Part shown: positions 51,901 to 64,000 of the stretch, piece after piece
How positions within the stretch are numbered: position 1 is the stretch's first letter
Layout: every line of letters begins with the position of its first letter
Source of the DNA: Pavona decussata
Lineage: Eukaryota
Assembly: GCA_977016875.1 (NCBI GenBank)
Contig: CDRNST010000218.1
Coordinates: 1,860,001 to 1,924,000 of the forward strand
Direction: 5' to 3'
Length of the DNA stretch: 64,000 bases
Notes under the pieces: generated by a model
What the model saw: only the letters and a program-made list of their open reading frames with translations
What the model was told of the DNA's origin: nothing
The model's database searches: none
Program-made: the position numbers and the translations under genes

Positions 51901-53683
51901 ATAATTTATTGAGAGAAATATGACGGCCCAGTACCTTAGGGGTTCTTGACTCCTATCACGTGGACTACAAGCAGGATAAAAGCTGTGTACAGGTTGAACC
52001 CAATACAAACTCTGCATACCAAATACGAGCTAAACTAGACACTTGGAATCTTACCATAAGTGCTCCATGCACTCCACTGCCTCTAAGGTTTGGTGCATAT
52101 TCTGCTAAATCCACAAGCCGCAGCCATTCGGTGACTCTACTATTTGTCCACAGCAACACATCAGCACCTTTCAACCATGACTATGCAGAAAGAGTCAACA
52201 AGAAATATTCAATGTATTTCCAGTTACACTGACTACATTTTCTAGTGCCCTACAAGAAGTAAATCAGTTGCTTTAATAACGTAAAATAAAAGAATCAAGT
52301 CCCTCCTGTTTACTTCTGGCTGAGACATATTTGAGATGCCACATTTGGGTTGTGTTTGAAGAGACAAGCACTTGTGACATTGATCTAAATAAATATTACT
52401 TGTCTGGGTTGAGGGTTTCTTTGGTTGAGGAGGGGGGGTTGGGGTGGGGGTGGGGGTTGGAAGGGCTTGTTAATGCTTCCCAGACTCCAAGTATGGTAGC
52501 ATATAAATGTCACCATGCGCTGGATCCGAGTAGGCTCATATTTCAAAAACAGGCGATGTCTGGAGCCACAGGGTGACTGTTCACAAACCAAACATCACTG
52601 ACCCACAAAACAGAATACTAATAATAAAGAGAAAACAAAGAAAATCACTATTGTGACCGTGCTTTGGATATGTGTTCCTAATATTATTACTATAAAATTT
52701 TGCCAACTTTAGCCTTGAATTTCTCCAAGAATTATTGATCATTTCAGAAGCCATATCAAATCAAACACTTGAAAGTGTGTTTCATCAGATATCCAAACAC
52801 CTCGAAGTAGTTTGAGAAAACCCAGCTGCGCCTCGTGTTTTCAACCTACTTCTTAGTGTTTGGATATCTGATGTAACACACCTTCTCGTGTTTGATATAC
52901 ATTTCTCAAACTCATTAATAATTCATCAAGAGAAAACAAAGGAAATCACTACCGTGACCGTGGTTTGGATATGTGATCCTAATTACCATAAAATTTTGCC
53001 ATCTTTAGCCTTGAATTTCTCCAAGAATTGTTGATCATTTGAGAAGCCATATCAAACACTCGAAAGTGTGTTTCATCAGATATCCAAACACCGCGAAGTC
53101 GTTTAAAAAAACTCGGCTGCGCCTCGTTTTTTCAACCTACTTCTCAGTGTTTGGATATCTGATGAAACACTCTTCCTCGTGTTTGATATATTACGTATTA
53201 CGTCCACATTGATGAATGTGCTCCACAATTTCCTTTGCTGCTCACTGTTATTCTGCAATATACTTGTTTAAAGCAGAAATTTTTTTCCTATCTCTCTTAA
53301 GCGTCTGCTCATGATTTATTTTCTACAAAACAGTGACTGGATACAAGGTGCATACCTCATCCACAGCATGTCTCTTTAAACAGTTTGGATGGAAATTGTG
53401 TAATCTGCAAATAAATGAAACAAATATCAAAAATAGTCAAAATTACCACTGCAATAATAATACAAGCAGCTTTTGGCAAAAGTCACTCACAGAAAAATAA
53501 ATGAAAATTTGAATAACACTAAGGAAAAGGATTTTGATTATTATCATTAGAGTTTTATAGTAGTTTCTGGTTAGATTTTATGTTGATACACTTGTATCTT
53601 AGATAGGTTGTTTAGAAAGTTAGGTGTCCCCTATTAGCAGAGGGGACTCCCTTCTGCTACATTTCGATTGACACGTTAATAAA

Positions 53684-53730
<47 letters not shown>

Positions 53731-56700
53731 ATCAAATTGGGGAGAAATGAAGACTCCGAAAAAAATCCGAGTCCCAGATGGGATTTGAACCCACGACCCT
53801 CCGAGTCTTCATTTCTCCCTAATACACACTTTAATATCCTGTTGTTGTTGTTTCTATTATTATTATTATTATTTTTAAATTCAGTATTATTATTATTAAG
53901 GAATTATTGTTATTAAGGAAGAAGGAAAGAAGAAGTCAAAAAGCTCGCGCCAAAGTCTCATTCGCCCTCCTGAGATCTGTGCTGCTATGCTTGAGAGGCT
54001 CACGTTGTACGCGAAGAGCACCGCTGAAGATTGCAGATACCGACTTTGAAATCGATAATAACCTGGCTAGATTTTAGATTTTAGGATGAGAACGAATTTC
54101 TCAGTTTTTTTTTTTATCTTTTCTTTTCTTAATTTTCACAATTTTAGCTGGACCGTATTTTAACTTCCAAATATATTTTAGTGATGATGCATGAATTGTA
54201 AATAGGTTTTTAATAGTTCTTTTTTGTACNNNNNNNNNNNNNNNNNNNNNNNNNNNNNNNNNNNNNNNNNNNNNNNNNNNNNNNNNNNNNNNNNNNNNNN
54301 NNNNNNNNNNNNNNNNNNNNNNNNNNNNNNNNNNNNNNNNNNNNNNNNNNNNNNNNNNNNNNNNNNNNNNNNNNNNNNNNNCCTTAAACCAGCCTGGCCA
54401 TTCAAATCTTATGCTCAATGCACTAACCACCACACCAGCATACCTACACCCTTGTGTGAAACAACAGACAATGATAATATAATATTGAAAAAACATGCAG
54501 TACACTATACACAGCTTCAAATATTAGCTGTGATACAGAGTTTAAAAATAGCACGCTTTAGTTAGTATTTTCAGTCACCTGAGACACTGTATAGCTCTCT
54601 TTATAGCAATATGGTGAAACGCATTATGTACTTTGAGATGAAGCATGTCACTCTGAGAAAAACAAAGAAAAATGTTTCCTATAATAAAGAGCTAATCTTT
54701 GTATGCAATCATAAGAAAACAAGTATTAGCAAAAATACAATGAAACAATATTGCTTTAATCACTACCTTTAAGCATTGTATTCAGTGAAAACTCACCTTA
54801 CGGACACCTACGTAACATGAGAACTCGTTACTACAGTCAGTTTTCTTGGTCCCAGCCCATTTAATCCCCCACCCCCCAATCAGTGTATATCCGGATAGTC
54901 CAGCTTTGCTTGATTCACACGAGTAGCCAAGGAATTGTACTCAGGTGTTTCTCAAAACAGTTACAGCTGTTTAGCCGTTGGAAGAGATGCAGAATTCAGG
55001 ACCTCTGGATTTCAAATCCAGTTTCCTAACCAATCTGACATTCTCTCTTAATAAACTGTCATAAATAATAATAATGATGATGATAACAAAAAATTTATAT
55101 AGCACCATTATTCAACGCATTCAAAGGCGCTTTACAGATAAAAAGCTTAAAAAGCTAGTTTAAAACTATCATATTAATATCACATACTGTACAAGCAGAC
55201 AAGGACAAATACTACAAACCTATTCTTTAATACATCAAAACACTGAATCAACTTAAATCCTTCTCACCTAACGTATAATTTACAAAAAAATAAAAAATAA
55301 ATAAATAAATAAAAGATCTTCTTTACTCACAAATGTTAGATAGTTTAACATGCGGCCATCAACTGAACCCTCACTGAACGAATCCTTGTATTGTGGTAAA
55401 CCAATATCTTCAAGCCAACCTGGAAAGTATACAAAAAAGGAGGATTTTTTTACAATCTTAATGAAGCTAGGGTATTCTACAGCAAGTGTGCTAAAACAAC
55501 TCTGTGTGGTTAAATGGTTGACCTCCAATTAATTAAATTATATTAACTTATAACAGTCAAAGCTCTCTTTGAGCTTGAGAGAGACCAGAAATGCACCGAA
55601 TATTGCTACTTTTAAGCGAAACATGTTTGCCAGGTTTTTTAATTAACCCTATCGTTAAGAATTTTTGTAGTTTTAGCTTTTTTGCTTTTATCATTTTTTA
55701 TTTTTTATCAATTTGAAGTTTTTAACCCCATCGATGATATCTTTGTAGTTTTAGCTTCTAGTTTGAATTGCTGTTTTTATCATTTTGTAATTTTGTCTTA
55801 TATATTGTATTTTTTAACCTTTTGCATATTTAATCTTTATAGGACCTTTCTGAAAACCACATTTAGTGAACGAAAGCTTCCTAATAAAAGATTATTATTA
55901 TTATTTGCGACCACCCTTGTAAGTGACCAGCTCTAGTTACGACCACCATTGTAAAACCCTGTTTGAACTGTCACTTAAACTCTGTAATCAAAAGCTCTTG
56001 TAAGCGACCACTCCCATAAGCAACTGCGACCACTTTTTGGGAATTACCAACAGGTATTTTCATTTGTTTTTAAGCTCTTGTTACAACCACTTTTTCCAAT
56101 ATCTGAGGTGGTCGCTTACGAGAGCTTCGACTGTATTAATGCATGCATTTACATCTCTGGGGAGGATGTTCAAAGCTTAATATTACTGAGGTCACTAGCT
56201 GTGTGTTGCCATGATGACACAGTCAAAAATTGGTTAATTGCAGCAGTTACCAATACTATCTGACCAGCTGTCTTCAAAAGAGTTGGCTAAAGTTGCACTT
56301 TGGTGGACATCAATAAAAGAAAAGCCACTGACATCATTTTGAATTCTATTATTTTGACACTTTAACTTGCTTACAGATGGCAAAACTTTATCAAAGTTGT
56401 TTCAAAGCCAGTTTAAACAAAAAGACTGCATCTTTTACAGGGTATAAAAGTTTCAAATTTCACTGCTCACAATAATTTGAAAAATCAGTGATTCATGCGA
56501 GTTAGCAATTTGTTACATGCAGTAAAATTTAAAAACAAACTCGTTCATTAAAAACTACAGTGTCCTCTAATTGACACTATTTTCTTTTTCCATTTCTTCA
56601 TGTCAGCATGTGACTGAAGTTGAATTCAAAATAGATCAAAAGAGATTGAAAATAATAATTATTTTATTTAATTGTAGGAGGCTCTAAGTTTTCTATCAAC

Positions 56701-59700
56701 TGCCCATCAAATGCTAAAAGAGAGCACTAAGTGACATTTATGTTGCTTGGTCTTCGTTGTCCCTTACAAAATGCCACCAACTGCTTCTCCCTGAGCAATA
56801 TAATGCAATGTAACACTGTTTAAGGTAGTGCTTAGCTTAGCCCTGATATGACAATGATTTCCCCACAAATTTGCTGTAACAGGATTTTGTTTATAACAAA
56901 TACAATCACATTTTCCCAGTCCCAAGGCACTTCCTTATACAGGTGTTCTACTGCATGTAATCTATGTCTTCACTGCATGATCAGTAAAATGGAAAAGATT
57001 TGGAGGTCATACCTAGGACCCAATGATTACTGAGTCTACCCATCACATCTGGTCCATCTGACACCAATGCCTGTTAGATTAGAGATGAACAACCTGTCAC
57101 AATATTTATTAATATTATCTGATTTACATTAAGGCAGGATGGTGCATTATTGGGTGATAAAATCATGATCCTTTTACAGTTCAGACGCTAATAATAATAT
57201 TTTTATTATTCCTGTCTGATTGATCACTGGGGGGTGGGTACTGTTGATCTCTTAATCACTCGTTCATAAAGAACTCTTAATCAATTGTTTAGAATCTGAG
57301 TGATGATGCACCACAATGAAGCCGAAAAAAGAACAAAATCTGTATTGTACCTGAAGCGCCAGCTGAAGTTTCTTTCTGTGTAGTGGGTTCTTGAAGCCCA
57401 TGTCTTTCTCTAGCTGAGCAGGTGATGCCTTCAGGAGGTCATGCCCACAATTTATCACTCGTCCACACTGTGATGAGTACTGTCCTAATCCAAGATCGTC
57501 CAACCAGCTTAACACCATCTGCCGACTCCACTGACTGAATGGAAGTTCCAGCTGGTCACTGGATGCAAAAAGTATCAAACTAAACTTAGCAGGAAATTAA
57601 TAAATTAAAGTAGCTTCTAGGAGGAACAAGATGGCAGATACAAGTTGAGTCAATAGAAAGGAAAAGTGTACAGAATATCATAATATTTTTATATATTTTT
57701 CATATCTGTGACAGTAAACTTGCTTTTGTCATGTTGTTGTTTAACAAAGAATGCTTTTCATTTTTCATGTTACCAGTGCATTACCATCCTGATATGATAC
57801 GTTGTAACAAACTGTTTCCATGTAACACTTAACTCTTCCTAGATAAATTTCTTGAAACAATTGGTGGCTTTTGCTTGATGTATGGATGGCGTGCGTAGTA
57901 CAAAACTTGGTTATCAAAGTGCCTTGCTTTATGGGCTAACCAAACGCTTGGTATAGCAAATGCTTATTCCAGATTAAGCGCTGTCAGGTCAATAATTCTG
58001 CCATGGAATATGATGTCATATGCACCACTTTTAACTTGAATGCATTGACTTTAAGGTACCGTTGTGTAGATTCTAGATAATTAATGGCAGTGTTCCTCAT
58101 TATTTGAAAGGTTTGTTATTTTCAAATGCACTGCAACACACCCTGAAGATCTACACAAACAAACTTCTACTTAGGCCTCCACTGTGTAGCCTAACCCTGG
58201 CCTAACCCTAAATACAGTACTTACCCATAATCTCTGTGATTTGTGGATCTCTTTAGATTCAGAGGTTCTATTACTGCAGGGTTGTCACTGGGATTCATGC
58301 CCAGTGATCGTGTCCTCCGCAATCTGAAGATCACAAATTAATGTTATGAGATATGGATCTTCCTGATCGATACGCAAACCTCAAGACAAATTGCGTTATC
58401 AACAATATGGCCTTGATATGATTTATGAACAATTTGCTTCAAGAACTGACATCACATACAGGCTCTTTTATCTGGGTATTAACCTTTTTTGTTCTAAGAC
58501 AATCACAATGCATAAACCTTGTAATTCAACTGATGTCAAACATCAAAACTTATTTATTACGCCATCCTTGGCAGACCCAGTTATTTCACAAAGTACCCAG
58601 AAAACAAGTTTCTGATTTCATTGCCTGGTCATTTTTGTCAGGTGTTTCCATAACATAACATGCTCTATAGACATCTTAACATGATTGCAACACTTAATCA
58701 GACCTTAAGATATACCAACATCTTCAAACATATTTTTGAGTGAAAGCTGTGTGATACAAAATGACGGTAACATGGGGAAGATTACAATCAAGGCCCACTT
58801 AAAATTATTGTTTCTTTATTAACCGATCAACCAACCAACCCTCTTTTACAAGAGAGCGAGCAGTTGGAAATGAAACATTTAAATTATGGGGCCTGTTGGA
58901 CTTTTAACTCCACAGGCAGGCAAAAAGAGAGTTCTTACAATGAGTAGGGATTTGTGCCGTATAGCATGAGTTGACAGATTTGAGATGACTTCAGTAGTTA
59001 ACATGAGTTCACACCACAAGGTTGTGCAAAAATTAAACAATAGCTGACCACAGTGCAGTCAGTGGTATGATTCAAATCAACAACTGTAAATTCTGATTTG
59101 ATGTGAATACCTTCCAAATATTACCAAATTCTGCCAAAATATTTGACCTAACCTCAAACAAAATATAAACAAAACCTGAGGTGTGTGATTGAATAGAAGT
59201 TTGTGTTTAATATTGCACAACTTTCAAAATTTATGTAACCTGTCTTAGTGTAATAAACACTATGACATGGTCACATTTATTTTTTGTTGGTATTTCTGTG
59301 TTTTCTCACTAGTCTAAATTATTTGTATAGGCCACCATATTTTGTATCCACTATAAGCTTACAAAAAGAGTAAAATAATAAATAACAAATTCAGTCACTT
59401 ACTTTGTAAATGCTTTCCCAAATTTACTTGTGTTCTTTTTCTTTTCCTCTTCATGTTTCTGTGAAGGAGTATTTTCTTGTTCTCTGGGGCCGTCCTACAG
59501 CAAGCCAGAATAAGAAGGCACATTGCAGTACAGACTCCATGAGACACCAAACATTAGTCAGGCAATACAAAACTAATTCGAAAACAAAATATGGAAAGCT
59601 GGAAAATCTCAATTCAATAATTATGCAATAATCCACTTGCCAATGGGATCTTAAGTTTTGTTTAGAAACTTTACTTATTCTCAGCACTCTGAATGAACAA

Positions 59701-62700
59701 CATATTTTTACTAGTTATCATTAAAATATTGGTATTCCTCTGCATAACAAATCAAATTAGTAATAATGAGAATATAATGGGTAATGGTCTAAGTGGAACC
59801 TGTGTCAAAATACATAGTCACATGTAAAAAAATCAACAATTCAACAACCAGATGTGTGAATACCTTAAGTATACACCTAGTGACTAGAAAATGCAAGCCT
59901 TTGGCTTTAAATGGAAAGAGGCTACAAGAGCATCCTACATGTAGAAAGCACTTTGTTGGACACCCACAGGTTGTTGCCAAATGTGGTTAGGAGTGACAGG
60001 AACAGGATCACCTGGCAGGCTAACTGATTTTGGGATCAGTTGACAAGTACAACAATTACTGTGTCACTGTTAAAATATTATTTTATTAATACCTTTATCT
60101 GTGAACAGTTTTCTTCCTTTTCTACTACAGCTGAAAAGCAAAAACAGTTAATATACTTATTATATGTATTATTACATGTTATGAATAGCACGGGGCACTT
60201 TTAAGAAATTCACCAACATATTGTACTGACAAAGAAGTAGGAATAACTGTTCACTTGGAACGATCAACTAAAGAGGGAGCTAACAATATTAATGACTTGC
60301 ATTGATCATACAGTACAGGAGAAATGGAGAATTCAAAAGTTCATCAATAACAATAAGCAGCAATGAATGTAAAAGGGCTTATATACATGTATAATCTCAC
60401 ACATCTTGAACTTTTTTCAAGAAGGACAGTGGGTGAAAACCTTGTCTTGCCTGGTGTTCAATACTTGGGCAAGACACTGTGCTGCTAATGATCTCAACCC
60501 TCCCCCACATGGTAATAGCCTGGTCACAAATGGTAATTTACCATGGACTCCCAAGGATTGTTCTTGCTTAGTCATTTTACTGGGTTATTGGTACCACCTA
60601 ACCTAAAATGGCTATACACCCAATGATATCCTACTACAATAATATTATTATCAAATCTAATCTAAATTTGAAGAAAACATTATTTTCGCACTAAACACAG
60701 TTCATAAGTTATTGCATCAGTAACTTTCAAATTTTGGTCCATAATTCAATACAAAGACCAAAGAAACTGTAAGTTGCAATATTTACCTATATTAGGTTCA
60801 CTTGAACTTTTGTGCCCTCTTAACTTCTTAAGGCCTTTTCCAAATGATGCGCGGATACCATGTCTTTTCTTGATAGATGGACTAGCTGGAGGGGATTGCC
60901 TTTTAAGTGCTCTTAGGCTTGGTGTAACTGGATTGTGTACTGCTTGAGTATAAGATTCTGAAAAGAGAAGAACAGAATACCAGTGCACATTAAAGCTAAA
61001 TTCATCTATATAAAGTATACTCAGCATAGCTCACATCTCCTCGTGCACAACTCAGTAGACGACATTAGTGCTGTCGCGTATATGTAAACTGTATGCAAAT
61101 GAACACAAAGGAAAACACAAGACATGAACAACGCAAGTCAATAATTTATTAATTTATTTCTTTTTTACAACTGTTGTGGACTCCCTGCGCTTAAATTAAA
61201 GGCACAAAATAAATAGCTAAATTTAACCCAAGACCCATAATGAAAGTACATGTAGCAGTATACAGTGGTCAAGTTTCTAAGTAAAGTTGTATTATTTACA
61301 GAACAAAGCTTGAAAGGAATGGTATACAAACTGCAATCCTGGCCAATTTACATGTTTTTACTTGCCTGAGCTTTACTGTCATGAACAAACAATGTGCAAA
61401 CAAACTACTAACTACTAGAGATCACCTGCTGGCTTAATAGCTGCATAGCAGACTACAGTGTACGTCTAAACTGTTACACACAAAAGCAAGTTGAGAATCT
61501 TGATTTTAATAGTTACCTGTCAACACTGGTCGACTGTGGTTAGGTACTGGAGTGTAAGGCTCTGGGCTACTTGTAGTACTCGGTGTTGTCATTGTATCTG
61601 TACTATGAACACTGCTACTATCCATGCCATCTGTAGAAACAACAGGACTACCATCCAAAGCTTTCCACTGGTTTGCTTTCATGAGCATCTCTTCAATCTA
61701 ATTAAGATATTAAGCACTTTTGTAATAGATCGTTTACTCAACATACCAAATTTCTATGAATTTGCTAGTACAATAGAACCATGCAGCAGGTTTGGCTGAA
61801 TGTACAGGTCTAATTTGCAACTTTTCAAGCATTCTCACAACATCACAAGTCATTCTACAATGCCAGTTAACTCACAACAGAAAATGTAGCCTTTCATTTA
61901 TTGTATTTACTCCCAACGAATTGTTTGCCGACTGTTGGCCCACTGTCAACCAACACTGAGTTTTTTCAATGTAACAATACATGTAATAACTACCTGTTGG
62001 CCATTTGTGGGTCAAGAGATGGGCAAGTGTTGGACTTATATGTCAGTAAGTTGTTGGCAGACTGTCGGTAAACTGACCGTGGAAATTGTCTTAAATAGCC
62101 TCTGATTTATCACTCCTGACAACAATTATAATTTATTGCAATTCACAAAGATGACATAAATCAATTATTATGATACCTGACCTTACTTTATTTTTTCTAT
62201 TTAATCAGCTAAGTTTGCAGCAATTTCTCTCCCAGCACAGCTCATTGCCCCATTTACTAGACACCCATTAATTAAATTATTTATAATCGAACCCAGTTTC
62301 TGTGCAAGCAGCGAAGGGGTTGGTGTCAGGTACATGGGGCTAGATAATGTTCATCACATTTCACCTATTAAAAAGTTCCAACTGTATAATAAGGTTTGTA
62401 TGACTTTTGTCTAATGTTCCGAAATCATGAACATCAAGCCAAATCATGCAATGTAAAAAAAATGATTTTACAACCTGTCAGTAACCTGTCTGGGAATGTT
62501 TTGTGAATCATGGAATTTGGCTCAGTTTACTGCCTGTTGGTAGCTTGTCTGTCAAGCATTGTTTAACTACTGGCCAACAATTTGCTTATGGCCGAGGGGA
62601 GCTGTTCTACACAATCACCCTTTTTTTATCTAGTTGCTTATTGTCATCAAATTTATTGAATAACATGGGAAAAGCAGCCACAGTGGCTGAAAAAAGGAAA

Positions 62701-63964
62701 TCAGATTTGATAAAAATAAAGAATAAGTTGGCGTCATGCTCCAAGCAAAAAAGGCAAGATGTGTCCTCCACATACCGCTGGTAAAACAATATTTCAGAAT
62801 CCCTATATTGTTCCAACCACATCTTCTCATGGTGCCCCATGGGGGGCTAAGGGGGAGCCCATGGCTACGACCTGGTCATAAATTAAATTAGATTTGCAAG
62901 TACGGAAGCACAGAGAGATTCAGTGCCACAACAACGCATACAAAGAATGGTGGTGCTCTGAAAGCACAAAAAAAATCTTTATATCTTTGTGAATGGAAAG
63001 TATTTTAACAGAGAAATCCGAAGTGTTTGTGTGGAATCTGACATTCATGACAGAGTGAGTGTTGATACCAAGTACAGTGTACTTACTCGCTTAAGTTTGA
63101 CAAGAGACTGTTGGGTTTCTTGTAATTGCTTGTCCTTTTCCTTGCAGGATGCTGTCAGGGCTTCAATTTCCATTTTTAAATGATTTACCTCTGAAGCTGA
63201 AAAAGGTACAAAAACTACATTTAATTGTATGATTATAGTTTCCAGTTTTCAGTGAAAAACAAAAGCGCCTGAAAACAATGACCCCCACCCCCACCCAGCC
63301 TTTGAAGTGCTCCTTTTTTTGAAAAGTTATACTTCATATTCCTGAGTAAAGACTTAAGGTCTCACTGAGACAGAGCTGTCAAAGAGCTTCCACAATACCT
63401 TTTTCTCTGAGCTGAGTTTTTAATGCCATAGGAGACTGACCTGAGGGAAAACCATCAAAAACACTTTTAAAATTGACTTAATTTGCACTATCAATGTACA
63501 CTGGAATATTCTACCCCAAAATTATTGGTTAACTCCAAAGGGATCAACAAGTCTTTGGACCTTACAAATGCAGACAAATTCATGTTTTGGACTGCATGTT
63601 TTTTCTTCTAGAAAGTAAGTTAACCATAAACTCCCACTTAAGAAAGATGAACTTATTTTATTTACTATGATACTTTAAATTTCTTTCTTTAACATCACAC
63701 ACAGTGCATTCAACATTGCTGATCACAGTAGCAGCACACAATAATGCCTGGAACATGTCATATGAACCTTAGTTAATGAACTAGCTAGCCGTAATTCAAT
63801 CCACCCGCATGCAGTTCTAAAGTTTCTACAGTTGGTTTTCCTGTTGGAGATGCAGATTTGTTCTCTGTTCCAAGCTCACAACAATATTTAACATTTCATC
63901 TCTCTTGATTATTTCTTTTAACATGTTTAAAATTTACCATCTCTCCTTCTTTTATTATCAGGTG
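47681..63964 (-). CDS. PPFIBP1: Liprin-beta (PPFIBP1/2 family; coiled coil plus three SAM domains), 3' part; the 5' end lies beyond the right edge
   Basis: Phase-consistent exons 63938-63964 (tentative), 63399-63440, 63087-63196, 61517-61697, 60787-60957, 60093-60130, 59403-59494, 58225-58323, 57351-57558, 57013-57070, 55331-55419, 54579-54652, 53356-53404, 52055-52180, 50933-51121, 50027-50218, 49311-49370, 47681-47734. SAM1 PFSQWSRQMVLSWLDDLGLGQY...KNPLHRKKLQLALQ, SAM2 WLEDIGLPQYKDSFSEGSVDGRMLNYLT, SAM3 WTNSRVTEWLRLVDLAEYAPNLRGSGVHGALM; liprin-beta-type tail DYVCPMD...IGAFSQELDSLTHMLKEE. Probably co-orthologous to PPFIBP1 and PPFIBP2. Confidence 0.92.
47920..48052 (+). repeat. tRNA-headed SINE fragment
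   Basis: TAGCTCAGTGGTAGAGCA A-box and degenerate GGTCGACTCC B-box, without a proper cloverleaf. Confidence 0.6.
48335..48765 (-). repeat. tRNA-derived repeat, tandem partial units, same family as 3090-3440
   Basis: gggattcgaacccatgacc...caactgagccatcaagccaactgggagctggtcatatt; the block 'atatttgaactgcggatgaaagatt' is repeated. Confidence 0.75.
48932..48990. repeat. (ATT)n microsatellite; others at 53684-53729 (ATT) and 26679-26706 (AAC)
   Basis: Seen directly in the sequence. Confidence 0.9.
51229..51397. repeat. Long fold-back (hairpin MITE); a related element lies at 30170-30305
   Basis: atgttgtaggttaaaatgaatcccaggttaaaatgatttcaacctaggtt...aacctaggttgaaatcattttaacctggatttattttaacctacaacac. 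Confidence 0.75.
52626..53190. repeat. Tandem duplication (~300-bp unit), each unit carrying a palindromic element
   Basis: aagagaaaacaaag(a/g)aaatcacta...gtgaccgtg starts at about 52628 and 52928. Each unit has tttcatcagatatccaaacac...gtgtttggatatctgatg. Confidence 0.8.
54230..54381. other. Assembly gap (N run) within a liprin-beta intron
   Basis: Run of n; the flanking exons stay in phase. Confidence 0.99.
55554..56133. mobile_element. Related 'gcgaccac' MITE interrupted by a LINE 3'-end fragment (~55570-55905)
   Basis: TIRs cagtcaaagctctc and gagagcttcgactg-TA. The insert ends AATAAA-(ATT)n, after which the gcgaccac repeats resume. Confidence 0.65.
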
Positions 63965-64000
63965 CTAAACGAGGCACTTTTGACTAATAGTATACAGGAC

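Noticed and set aside
52780-53175. CTGATGA words as possible hammerhead ribozyme cores
   Set aside because: They are part of a palindromic repeat; I could not build the stem II/GAAA three-way junction.
58189-58211. CTAACCCT telomere-like units
   Set aside because: Only two imperfect copies in an intron, with no telomerase-RNA context.

Overview
Eukaryotic, AT-rich, intron-dense animal DNA. The repeat landscape and gene models suggest a cnidarian/stony-coral-type genome, which is my inference. I assembled four spliced protein-coding genes by hand with consistent GT-AG junctions and phases: (1) the 5' part of SLC30A9/ZnT9 (minus, runs off the left edge); (2) a complete 24-exon NXF1/TAP mRNA export factor (minus, 672 aa); (3) a complete 4-exon V-ATPase proteolipid subunit c, ATP6V0C (plus, 154 aa), head-to-head with NXF1 across about 410 bp; (4) the 3' part of liprin-beta (minus, runs off the right edge). 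Introns hold many MITEs, tRNA-derived SINE-like repeats, LINE tails, a decayed pogo-type transposase and Bel/Pao remnants. Most six-frame ORFs are spurious or partial exons. Signals worth following up: the NXF1 'exon 10 - intron 10 - 37-nt exon 11' cassette, with a stop codon right at the intron start; an unexplained ~450-nt GC-rich, multi-helix element in NXF1 intron 19 whose G-U pairs favour the antisense strand; MiT/TFE-type E/M-boxes plus a YY1 site in the shared NXF1/ATP6V0C promoter; a long 3'-UTR fold-back in ATP6V0C that buries a poly(A) signal; and a uORF abutting the SLC30A9 start. None of these was checked computationally.
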